This document shows positions 56,038-64,000 of a stretch of 64,000 nucleotides of DNA, piece after piece. Each line of letters starts with the position of its first letter. Position 1 is the first letter of the stretch. The stretch covers positions 11,146-75,145 of IMG/VR virus record IMGVR_UViG_3300021407_000013. One strand, written 5' to 3'. This stretch comes from a virus. The notes under the pieces were generated by a model. The model saw nothing but the letters and a program-made list of their open reading frames with translations. It had not been told where the DNA came from and searched no databases. Position numbers and translations under genes: made by a program.

Positions 56038-56349
56038 ATGCCTACTCTGAAAGGAACCATACTTGAAAGAACAGGAAAATGTTTATATTGTGGCAGATAT
56101 TCACATAGTTTAATAGGTGGTTATTGTTCTCCAGTTTGCGATTCTAAAGCACAAATTTACGGTGATAATGCTGAAAAACAGAAATCTAAAAAAGCTAGAA
56201 ATTGTCTCAAATGTGGAAAGGAATATATACCTTATCAAGATCGTCAAAAGTTTTGTTCACCAAAATGTCGTTCAGCAAGTACCAATCAAAGAAACAGAGA
56301 TAAAGTTAAATCTCGTAATTTGGCTCATCCAAAGGTGGAACTATTCTAA
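56038..56349 (+). CDS. Double CxxC..CSxxC zinc-finger protein (ends KVELF)
   Basis: CLYCG..YCSPVC and CLKCG..FCSPKC. Confidence 0.65.
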   Translation: MPTLKGTILERTGKCLYCGRYSHSLIGGYCSPVCDSKAQIYGDNAEKQKSKKARNCLKCGKEYIPYQDRQKFCSPKCRSASTNQRNRDKVKSRNLAHPKVELF

Positions 56350-56584
56350 AATCCAAAACTTCTAACCAAGCTATCAAAGTATCTGCGCGTGGTAGAGTAT
56401 GTTTGTTCTCCCAACGATGTATCTCATTAGTATGTACGCCAATTAATACAGCTAAGGTTTGTTGAGACCAACATCTCTTTATTCGTTCAGCTCTTAATTT
56501 ATGAATTAATTCGTCACTATGAGATAGTTCGTGTCGAGAATTGGCTTCTGCGACTCTATCCATCGTAAGGGGATTCCATGTCAA
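56306..56584 (-). CDS. XRE-family HTH regulator
   Basis: LR.ER.....SQ..LA..IGV....I.RWE....P. Confidence 0.7.
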   Translation of the reverse strand: MTWNPLTMDRVAEANSRHELSHSDELIHKLRAERIKRCWSQQTLAVLIGVHTNEIHRWENKHTLPRADTLIAWLEVLDFRIVPPLDEPNYEI

Positions 56585-56777
56585 AAGGTGCCCAGCGCTT
56601 ATTTCTAGGATTGTTCATTTTGTTCTTGTCATGGATCATGTTCAAGGTAACTTCGAGTGTTTTAGAATGGGCAATATTGTTTCTACCTGGCGCTGCCATT
56701 ATTCTTTATGGACTTTATCTTGTTTTTATCAAACAGGATTTTTGATTTTCACATAATAAATTTGTACCTAAACTGTC

Positions 56778-56806
56778 TTGCTTTTGTTGCAATGCGGTGC
56801 TAAGAT
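56778..56806 (+). promoter_or_regulatory. Sigma70-like promoter
   Basis: TTGCTT-N14-TGC-TAAGAT. Confidence 0.6.
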
Positions 56807-56914
56807 TAAATTTCCGTAATGTTCCCTGAACAACTGAATAGTTGAGAGTGTGTATGTGCTCTCCAGCTATGCGTAGCGTACATGCGTCCAGATCTGGAAA
56901 CTAAGGAGAACTGA

Positions 56915-57490
56915 ATGATTAAGTATCTACTTATGGGAGTGGCAGCCGCTGCTCTCTTTGGTGCGCCACAGGCCAATGCGGCCACCGTCGTGGTTGAGAA
57001 TGTCGGAAGTGTTATCAATGAGAGCAAGGCGCTCCCAGCTGAGGCAACTCCGGGTGTGGGCGTATCGTTCGCTCAGTTCTTTGAGTTCTCGTTGCCGACT
57101 ACGGAGAGCGTCACTGCATCCGTCAGCGACAGCGGCGTTGGCTCACTGGCTGTTCTCGGCGGTGTTCTCAATTTGAACTTCCACACCACGACTGGGGTTG
57201 GACCGTTGTTCATCCCTGCCGGTGCGTTGATCGACAGCTCACCGTTCACCAACACTCCTGGCGGACAGGAAGCAACGGTGGGGCCGCAAATCCTCACCGC
57301 TGGTAACTACTTTGTCGATGTGACCGGAACGAGCGGCGCTTCGCCAATTCATTTGGCGATCGACGGGACTGTCACTGCTTTGGCGACGCCAGAGCCTTCC
57401 ACCTGGGCTATGCTTGGCCTCGGATTTGGTCTCATGGCATTCTTGGGCGTTCGCACCAAGCGCAAGGATCGTCTCAGCGTAGCGATCTAA
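56915..57490 (+). CDS. PEPxxWA-CTERM sorting-signal surface protein
   Basis: Signal peptide; TPEPSTWAMLGLGFGLMAFLG-VRTKRK. Confidence 0.88.
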   Translation: MIKYLLMGVAAAALFGAPQANAATVVVENVGSVINESKALPAEATPGVGVSFAQFFEFSLPTTESVTASVSDSGVGSLAVLGGVLNLNFHTTTGVGPLFIPAGALIDSSPFTNTPGGQEATVGPQILTAGNYFVDVTGTSGASPIHLAIDGTVTALATPEPSTWAMLGLGFGLMAFLGVRTKRKDRLSVAI

Positions 57491-57500
57491 ACTACAAAAG

Positions 57501-57526
57501 AGAAGGGGGGCTATTGGCCCCCTTCT
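57501..57526. terminator. Bidirectional terminator-like hairpin
   Basis: AGAAGGGGG..CCCCCTTCT between convergent genes. Confidence 0.6.
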
Positions 57527-57831
57527 TACCTCGGTGGATGGGGTCTCCCAAGCCAATAAGCAATTACAGCTCCAAATGATGCGACTAAACCACCTACAAC
57601 GGCAGATGTAATTTCATCATTAGGAATAGTAAAAAATAAACAAAATGCCACCGTTCCTATAAATGCTAATACTACTAACAATGATATAGTTAAAGGTCCA
57701 CCAGTAGGATCAAATTTAGTAGCAACCAATAATAATATACCAGTGAATATACAGCCAAACAGAGCTGTCATAAGTCCTGGATAATCCAAAATTCTAGGAA
57801 TTGGCGGAAAACGATCCGTCGGGCTATTCAT
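57526..57831 (-). CDS. Three-TM membrane protein (holin candidate)
   Basis: Three hydrophobic helices, VIAYWLG, in the lysis cluster. Confidence 0.6.
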   Translation of the reverse strand: MNSPTDRFPPIPRILDYPGLMTALFGCIFTGILLLVATKFDPTGGPLTISLLVVLAFIGTVAFCLFFTIPNDEITSAVVGGLVASFGAVIAYWLGRPHPPR

Positions 57832-58064
57832 TTTCCTAAGACCTTTGATACACCATAAACGCCGTATAGCCCTATTGCCATACCGCCTATTTCAAGAGCA
57901 GTTCTGAAGATGTGTTCTGGTGCACAAAGATCAGACGCAGCGATTCCACTATGGGCTAGAGAGAAACATTGTGATACGGCATAGAAATCCATTATGGCAA
58001 AGATAGTGAGGATAAATATTGCGCCACAAAGCGCAGTAAAACTGATTAAATTATTGCCTGTCAT
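57828..58064 (-). CDS. Two-TM membrane protein
   Basis: Hydrophobic; in the lysis cluster. Confidence 0.5.
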   Translation of the reverse strand: MTGNNLISFTALCGAIFILTIFAIMDFYAVSQCFSLAHSGIAASDLCAPEHIFRTALEIGGMAIGLYGVYGVSKVLGK

Positions 58065-58317
58065 GATTGAAAATATCTACTGTAGGACTTTGACCTTTTC
58101 TGTATGGTATAGTAAAAGCATTTTGATGTACGTCAGGCAGACATCTATCAAATATTTTAATCATAACTTGCGATGTATCATCTTGTTGTTTGGATAAATA
58201 ATAGCTACCAGCCGCTATGAAAACAGCATTTAAAACAACCATAACAAGAAGAATTGGAGAACCTTTCAGCGCTCCAATTGTGTTATTTGCAACTCCAGTG
58301 ATTCCACTTTCACTCAT
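58051..58317 (-). CDS. Single-TM protein
   Basis: LK.SP.LL..VVLN motif. Confidence 0.55.
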   Translation of the reverse strand: MSESGITGVANNTIGALKGSPILLVMVVLNAVFIAAGSYYLSKQQDDTSQVMIKIFDRCLPDVHQNAFTIPYRKGQSPTVDIFNHDRQ

Positions 58318-58673
58318 TTAATAAAGTTTTTGATTAACCCTGCTGGAGGAAATACCATTGCAGCCGCGCCCAAAATCATGTCTTTGACGTCAATAGAATT
58401 GTAACCTTCAGCCTTAACAGGACCATTAAGATCAGATATGATCTTAGTAACGGCTTCTGTCAATGCTTCTGGATTATCAATCTTGCCAGTTGTGACGAGC
58501 TTGCCTGCTTCAGTTAGCGCGGCATTTCTGATTTCTGCTTCGTTGGAATCACTCTCCTTGATTCCAAGATAGGTCCGCAGCCAAGCGAACAGATAAACAA
58601 CCAGCGCCGTTATGGCGGCGCCAGCTGCACTCAAGCAGATCTTTTGAAGCTCTGCGAGTATAGTATCAAACAT
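58314..58673 (-). CDS. Holin-like single-TM protein
   Basis: N-terminal TM helix; directly after the endolysin. Confidence 0.55.
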   Translation of the reverse strand: MFDTILAELQKICLSAAGAAITALVVYLFAWLRTYLGIKESDSNEAEIRNAALTEAGKLVTTGKIDNPEALTEAVTKIISDLNGPVKAEGYNSIDVKDMILGAAAMVFPPAGLIKNFIK

Positions 58674-59346
58674 CGGGCTGCTCCACTGTAGATGGATCAG
58701 GCATTGGTGGCGCCTCAGGAAGATCTGGCAATTCATCTTCGTACATTACTTCTGGGGCAGGAATTTGTTTGAGAGCAGGTTTGAACTTCCAATAGTAACC
58801 TGCAATAAGATCCATCTTATCCGTGCCATTAACAATGCGGCGTGCATTGCGTGGATCTTCAACGGTTGAATTAAAATATTTAGGCAAACCTACGCCAGTA
58901 AACCAGCCATAGATCATGCCATCGTAAGACACGAGTGCTGATATTTCATGCATTAATGCTTCAGAAGCATTTGGATAGATATTACACTTGACATTATATC
59001 TATCCAAAAGGAATTGCTGTCCATTTTTGTAGTTTGTTTCCCAAGTCAACTGCACATAGCCACGCCCATAGTAACATTGACCATGCGGCCCAGCAGGCTT
59101 GCCATAAGATTTTCCGGAACCTTTCCCATATTCTTCGATGGGTTCCATACGCTCGGCAGTCTCGTGGAAGAACGTAGCTAGGGCATATGCCAGCCATTTA
59201 GTTCCATCGCGAGGATTTGGCTCCTCAAAGTGGCGCTCCCAAATAGCAAGCAGATAGTTCATACCATCTACTTGTGCTTGGGTAAGCGTACCGCGAAAAA
59301 GATCTTTTCTGACGGTATCAAAGAAATGCTTGCGATCATACGGCAT
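58666..59346 (-). CDS. Endolysin, GH19 chitinase-like
   Basis: AYALAT.FHET, YYGRGYVQLTW..NY and ARRIVNGTD. Confidence 0.9.
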   Translation of the reverse strand: MPYDRKHFFDTVRKDLFRGTLTQAQVDGMNYLLAIWERHFEEPNPRDGTKWLAYALATFFHETAERMEPIEEYGKGSGKSYGKPAGPHGQCYYGRGYVQLTWETNYKNGQQFLLDRYNVKCNIYPNASEALMHEISALVSYDGMIYGWFTGVGLPKYFNSTVEDPRNARRIVNGTDKMDLIAGYYWKFKPALKQIPAPEVMYEDELPDLPEAPPMPDPSTVEQPDV

Positions 59347-59355
59347 AGCTACCTC

Positions 59356-59544
59356 CTAGAATGGAAACATACCAGATAAGAGTACAACGAGAAGAACAAT
59401 GATAAGTATGCCTACAAGGCCAATGCCACCAGTTCCATAGCCATAGCCGCGCCCCCATTGATAGGGTCCAACACCGCCAGAGACGCCTCCCAATAAGATA
59501 ATGACTAGAATGACTATTAAGATGATGCCTATTGGGCTATGCAT
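59356..59544 (-). CDS. DUF3309-like small membrane protein
   Basis: Two TM helices around a Gly/Tyr-rich loop. Confidence 0.55.
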   Translation of the reverse strand: MHSPIGIILIVILVIILLGGVSGGVGPYQWGRGYGYGTGGIGLVGILIIVLLVVLLSGMFPF

Positions 59545-59546
59545 GA

Positions 59547-60890
59547 TTATAACTCCGAAGTTGCTGTTCCATTAAATGAGCAATACGCAGTAGCTGATGT
59601 TTGTGCTGTATTAGCAGTCAACATAGCATTTAAATTGGTAATTCCAGATGATTGTAATCCTCCAACAAAACCTCCACCAGGAGTAGTATTAACTACAATT
59701 GTTGGTGGTGCACGCATATATGAAGAAAAGAAAAGATTTGCAATAGTTCCAAAATAAGAACCGTTTGCTGTGATGGTAGCAATACCTCCAGAAAAAGAGC
59801 AAAAATATCTTAAACAATCAGCATATTTCTTTGCTTGTGTTTGACGATTAAAATCAGTAGCAATTCTACCAACTTCTAGTTTGACATTACTAATAAATAA
59901 GTTGCCATTATTAACAACTTGGACTGTTCCAGTTGCACCATTATAAATACCTGTGACCCATGCACCTGCTGGCGCGCGTAAATTGGCACCACAACCAAGA
60001 TCGAAATTTAACCAAAGTCCACCACTAATTCCTTGCGTAACCCAAGTCCCAGCAATATCTCCAGGAATAGTAATAGTAAATTTATACCAAATCCCAACTG
60101 CTGGAATATTAAATGCAAATGGATATGATCGTGTACTGGCTCCTTGATTATAACTTTGAATAGATCCACCATATGGTCCAGCAGAGGCATTAGAAGTTGC
60201 CCAAAATGATAAAGTGACTGGCTGGGCAGTAGTTTGCCCCCAAGCAAAATCAGCAATTAAATCTGCCTCAATTGCTTGTGAAATAGAAAAACTATCAGTT
60301 GCTAAAGGCGTATAAGCGCCTGCGGCTTGAGCATTTAAATAATAGCCAATACCATTTTGAATAGCTGCTGTTCCAGCAGCAGCGCGATTTATAGTTAATC
60401 TACTAGCTTGACTATAAAAAAGTGCCCATCTGTCAAGCGTATAAACATTACCAGATCCTGCTGGAGTAAAAATTGTGCCCCGTTGACAAACCCACATATC
60501 TCCATTAATAATACGATTGTCATTTAATGCACTATTATCAACATATTGTTTTGTAGCCGCGCCCATGTTATTAACTGGATCGGCAGCAAGCATAAGCGGT
60601 CCTGATAGGTTACCTCCAACAAGAGGTAAATATGTTCCGCCAAATCCTTGATTTGTCGCAGATACCCATTGTGTAGAGTTACCGTCATTAAACCAAATAT
60701 ATAATTGTCCACCAATGCTATCCCACCATAGTGCCCCTACTGTAGGATTGGCTGGAGGCGCTGGGCTGATAGAAATGAAGGGACTGCCAGCAATGGAACT
60801 CATGTTCCATTTGATGCCATCCCAAACCCATGTTACTCCGGCAGCCGTGAAGGTTTGATTGACTGCCGGACTATCAGGGAAATTAATCAT
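59547..60890 (-). CDS. Tail fibre / receptor-binding protein, paralogue 3
   Basis: FP..P....FTAAGVTW.WDG.KW, NRIINGDM and KLE.G..AT.F. Confidence 0.75.
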   Translation of the reverse strand: MINFPDSPAVNQTFTAAGVTWVWDGIKWNMSSIAGSPFISISPAPPANPTVGALWWDSIGGQLYIWFNDGNSTQWVSATNQGFGGTYLPLVGGNLSGPLMLAADPVNNMGAATKQYVDNSALNDNRIINGDMWVCQRGTIFTPAGSGNVYTLDRWALFYSQASRLTINRAAAGTAAIQNGIGYYLNAQAAGAYTPLATDSFSISQAIEADLIADFAWGQTTAQPVTLSFWATSNASAGPYGGSIQSYNQGASTRSYPFAFNIPAVGIWYKFTITIPGDIAGTWVTQGISGGLWLNFDLGCGANLRAPAGAWVTGIYNGATGTVQVVNNGNLFISNVKLEVGRIATDFNRQTQAKKYADCLRYFCSFSGGIATITANGSYFGTIANLFFSSYMRAPPTIVVNTTPGGGFVGGLQSSGITNLNAMLTANTAQTSATAYCSFNGTATSEL

Positions 60891-60899
60891 TTCTTAATC

Positions 60900-61118
60900 T
60901 CAAAATTTTGGAGCAGATTTCTGAAGCGGTTGTTCAGCCTGCACTGCTGGTTGCGCATCGTGCGCGTGAGGACTGTTACCTTGTTTTAGCCATTCCATAT
61001 ATTCCAGATAGTCAATATTGCCTTCATCAAATGGAATGAAAGCACCGTCATATTCGCGTTTGATCATACCGTCGTGAACTTGACCTTTTATATGATCATA
61101 CACTTCTTGATATGCCAT
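60900..61118 (-). CDS. Tail fibre assembly chaperone-like protein
   Basis: DGAFIP.D..N.DY.EY.EWL.QGN.P. Confidence 0.65.
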   Translation of the reverse strand: MAYQEVYDHIKGQVHDGMIKREYDGAFIPFDEGNIDYLEYMEWLKQGNSPHAHDAQPAVQAEQPLQKSAPKF

Positions 61119-61119
61119 G

Positions 61120-62349
61120 TCAAAGCTCCGCACTTGCATTTATTACAGTCGCGAATATTCCACCAGTTGTTGTTGTGGAACAAACGCGGGAGTCGCACAC
61201 AAAGGTGTTGGAATTTGCTCCACCAGATAAAGTTCCAATTGCATTAGGAAATGCAGGAGCACCGATTTGAGATATGCCATTTAAAGTTGGTGCTGCTCTT
61301 GGAGTAACAGGAAGCCATCCAATAGCATAATATGTACTTCCAGAAGAAGCATTACCGCTCCAATATGCCGAAACAATTTGATAATATCGTTGGCAATCAG
61401 CCAATCTCTTTGCTAATGAATCACAATTAAATGGCGTAGCTACAGAACCGATTTCTAGCTTGACGCCAGTAAAATAGAAACTGGCGCCATTGACGGCAAC
61501 AATGCTCTGTGTTCCAGCAACGCCAATATAATTTGCTGACGCCCACACATTAGCAGGTCCATGGAAGTTCGCGCCGGAACCAAAATCAAATTGAAGTACT
61601 AATGATCCAGCATTACCGCTCATTACCCATGAACCACCAGTATCACCAGGAATAGTAATAGCGATCTTTGTCCAAACAGCAGCTGGAAGTGTATAAATAA
61701 ATGGATATGAACGGTTTACACCGTATTGCTTAATTGAGCCACTAAATGTTCCTGATAAACTAGAATATGCCCAAAATGACAATGTAACTGGTCGCGCGTT
61801 AGGAGTTCCCCACTGGAAATCACTAATCATATCAGCTTCAATTGCTTGATAGATTTGGAATTGATCAGTCGCTAATGAAGTATATGCTGATATTGAACCG
61901 ACACCGAGATAATATGGAAATCCTGGTGATGAACTAGGGTTAGTTTGTAACCAATTCGCCTTACCTGCTTGTGATGCAGCAATCCACCATCTGTCCACCG
62001 TGTAGGCATTAGGCACGGCTGCACTCGTTACGCCACGTTGATTTATCCGCATATCACCATTTATAATACGGTTACTATTTAATGGATAATTTGCAGGAAT
62101 TGATGCAGTAATTGATGCAGCAGTTGCTATATCACCAGCATCAACATATTCTTTAGTTGCAGCTTCCAAAGCAACTTGAGGATCTTCAAATAGAAGAAGT
62201 GGACCTGCCATAGTTGCGCCACTCAATGGTACAAATGGACCACTCGCCGTCGCGCTAGGCTCCCATTTAGAACCATCCCAAACCCAAGTTACACCAGACG
62301 CAGTATAAGTCGCGCCAGGATTAGGGGAGCTTGGAAAATCTAATGCCAT
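61120..62349 (-). CDS. Tail fibre / receptor-binding protein, paralogue 2
   Basis: Same modules as its neighbours; DCQRYYQ. Confidence 0.75.
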   Translation of the reverse strand: MALDFPSSPNPGATYTASGVTWVWDGSKWEPSATASGPFVPLSGATMAGPLLLFEDPQVALEAATKEYVDAGDIATAASITASIPANYPLNSNRIINGDMRINQRGVTSAAVPNAYTVDRWWIAASQAGKANWLQTNPSSSPGFPYYLGVGSISAYTSLATDQFQIYQAIEADMISDFQWGTPNARPVTLSFWAYSSLSGTFSGSIKQYGVNRSYPFIYTLPAAVWTKIAITIPGDTGGSWVMSGNAGSLVLQFDFGSGANFHGPANVWASANYIGVAGTQSIVAVNGASFYFTGVKLEIGSVATPFNCDSLAKRLADCQRYYQIVSAYWSGNASSGSTYYAIGWLPVTPRAAPTLNGISQIGAPAFPNAIGTLSGGANSNTFVCDSRVCSTTTTGGIFATVINASAEL

Positions 62350-62352
62350 TAA

Positions 62353-63945
62353 TTAATACTCCGCGCTTATGGTTGCATTAAAATTGCAGGTTGTACCAGC
62401 ACCACTCGCAGTAACTACCATATTGGATCTGAACCCATATAGATCCGTTTGAGGGATACCTAGAGTGGACCCGTTGGTATAAATTTGATTGGAAGGTGTT
62501 ATTGTTGGTGCTGCCCGCATTGTTGTGGGCAATGTATATGAGGTATAAATTATACCACCTGCAACATTATAACCAGCTGTTAAAAACACAAAAGCGGGTT
62601 GTTGATAGTATCGCTGGCAATCAATCAAACTTTCAGAAAGAGATTTACGATTAAATGGTGTAGCGACAGAGCCAATTTCTAGTTTAAGACCAGTAATATA
62701 GAATGATGTATTAGCATTGGAAACAATGCTGTACGCACCATTTGCACCAAGAAAATTGCCATTTTGCCATGCACCAGGTGTAGCGGCATTACGCCAATTT
62801 GTACCACAACCAAGATCAAAAGATACAGATAATCCTCCACCACTACCACTTAATATCCATGTTCCGGTAGTATCTGGTGGAATTGGAATAATTATTTTAG
62901 TCCAAGTGTTACTACCAGGAAGTGCAAAATTAAATGGATATGAACGATTTGGAGTAGTAGCAGATGTATTGCGAAGTGATCCACTATATGTTCCAGCATT
63001 TGTAGATGCTGCCCAAAATGATAATGTTGCAGGTTGCGCGTTGGCACTACCACTACAAAAATCACTTATCATATCAGCTTCAATCATCTGATAAAGATAG
63101 AAAAATTCAGTTGCTAAAGGAGTATATGGTGTCGCTGGGCATGTCCAAGACATATAATATGGAAAACCAATTGCTGCGGCACCTACTCCTGATCCACGAG
63201 CGAAACTGATTTTCGCAGGTTGAGACGCACCGTAACCAATACGGTCAACAGTATATCCAACGGTATTACCACCGGCGGTCGCAATACCGCGCTGATCAAT
63301 TCTCATATCACCATTTATAATTTTATTTGGATTGGCAATCTGTTGAAGAGTGGGAACTCCTAATGGAATTGTAGCATTAGCGCCTAATGTCAATGTGCTA
63401 GATAATGTAACTGCACCAGTAGAGCGATTAATAATTACTGGTATCGCAAGTTGCGCTCCAGCATCATTATAAGAAATTAATTCAAAATTGGATCCAGAAT
63501 TAGATCCTAATTCAGCATCAGAATTGGCTAATTGCAGTTCCCAACGTGTTACACCAGAACTTGTTGAAAACAAGCTACGAGGATTTCCACTATTACCATT
63601 TATAGTATTACCAGTAACTCCTATAATTGGACCAGACATATTACCGCCAGATAATGACAGATACAATCCACCTAGCCCTTGGTTAACAACTGTAACCCAT
63701 TGAGATGAACTACCATCATTGTACCAAACATACAATTGACCATTAGCACTATTAAACCATAAGCTTCCTTGAATTGGATTATTTGGAGGAGTATCAGCAA
63801 CTGTTATTGAGGCGCCACCAGAACCGCCGCCACCGCCCGCGATAGCAGACATGATCCATTTGGAACCATCCCAAGTCCATGTAACACCAGCGGCTGTGAA
63901 GGATGAGCCTGTAGCTGGGTTTGATGGAAAATCAATAGCGGCCAA
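62353..63945 (-). CDS. Tail fibre / receptor-binding protein, paralogue 1
   Basis: Same modules plus an extra ~90-aa insert. Confidence 0.75.
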   Translation of the reverse strand: MAAIDFPSNPATGSSFTAAGVTWTWDGSKWIMSAIAGGGGGSGGASITVADTPPNNPIQGSLWFNSANGQLYVWYNDGSSSQWVTVVNQGLGGLYLSLSGGNMSGPIIGVTGNTINGNSGNPRSLFSTSSGVTRWELQLANSDAELGSNSGSNFELISYNDAGAQLAIPVIINRSTGAVTLSSTLTLGANATIPLGVPTLQQIANPNKIINGDMRIDQRGIATAGGNTVGYTVDRIGYGASQPAKISFARGSGVGAAAIGFPYYMSWTCPATPYTPLATEFFYLYQMIEADMISDFCSGSANAQPATLSFWAASTNAGTYSGSLRNTSATTPNRSYPFNFALPGSNTWTKIIIPIPPDTTGTWILSGSGGGLSVSFDLGCGTNWRNAATPGAWQNGNFLGANGAYSIVSNANTSFYITGLKLEIGSVATPFNRKSLSESLIDCQRYYQQPAFVFLTAGYNVAGGIIYTSYTLPTTMRAAPTITPSNQIYTNGSTLGIPQTDLYGFRSNMVVTASGAGTTCNFNATISAEY

Positions 63946-64000
63946 GATTATATCTCCGCATTCAAAGATGTAATTGATAAGGTACCATAAAATCCACCAA

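Noticed and set aside
59547-63945. Diversity-generating retroelement or invertible fibre cassette
   Set aside because: No reverse transcriptase, template repeat or invertase is visible, and all fibre genes are on one strand
1-64000. Prophage, lysogeny module or alternative genetic code
   Set aside because: No integrase, att site or host genes were seen, and the long conserved genes are intact under the standard code

Overview
The window is most of a tailed dsDNA phage genome. It is probably a lytic myovirus with a Bcep781/PB1-like gene set, and probably infects an alphaproteobacterium (inferred from TTGCTT-N17-TANNNT promoters with a TGC extension, a PEPxxWA-CTERM gene, a DUF3309-like gene and a GH19 lysin). 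Layout: (1) 1-13.5 kb, minus strand: head module with TerL, portal, a Nudix-DUF2213 protease/scaffold fusion, decoration protein, major capsid, Ig-like and collagen-like proteins and a Tad2/DUF2829-like gene. (2) 13.9-20.6 kb, plus strand: a NusG paralogue and many small genes. (3) 21-26.5 kb: SF3 helicase, a TerS-like gene and a DUF3631 gene flanked by inverted repeats. (4) 26.9-40 kb: an early-type region of small genes. (5) 40-56 kb: primase, ligase, SSB, a nucleotide-modification-like cluster, DnaQ, DnaE and SNF2 helicase. (6) 57.5-64 kb, minus strand: lysis genes and three paralogous tail fibres. Main finding: five type II hammerhead ribozymes, with an invariant core and covarying stems, sit at gene boundaries between 27.8 and 31.4 kb. 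Four overlap the upstream TAG and all lie just before the next RBS, which suggests a self-processing early polycistronic mRNA. Other signals: adjacent TGR/YCA-free and TGR/YCA-saturated tracts, a shared terminal DLF peptide on many replication proteins, GGCGC enrichment and several unexplained structured intergenic RNAs. No tRNA, CRISPR array or integrase was seen. Family assignments come from motifs recognised by eye, not from database searches.
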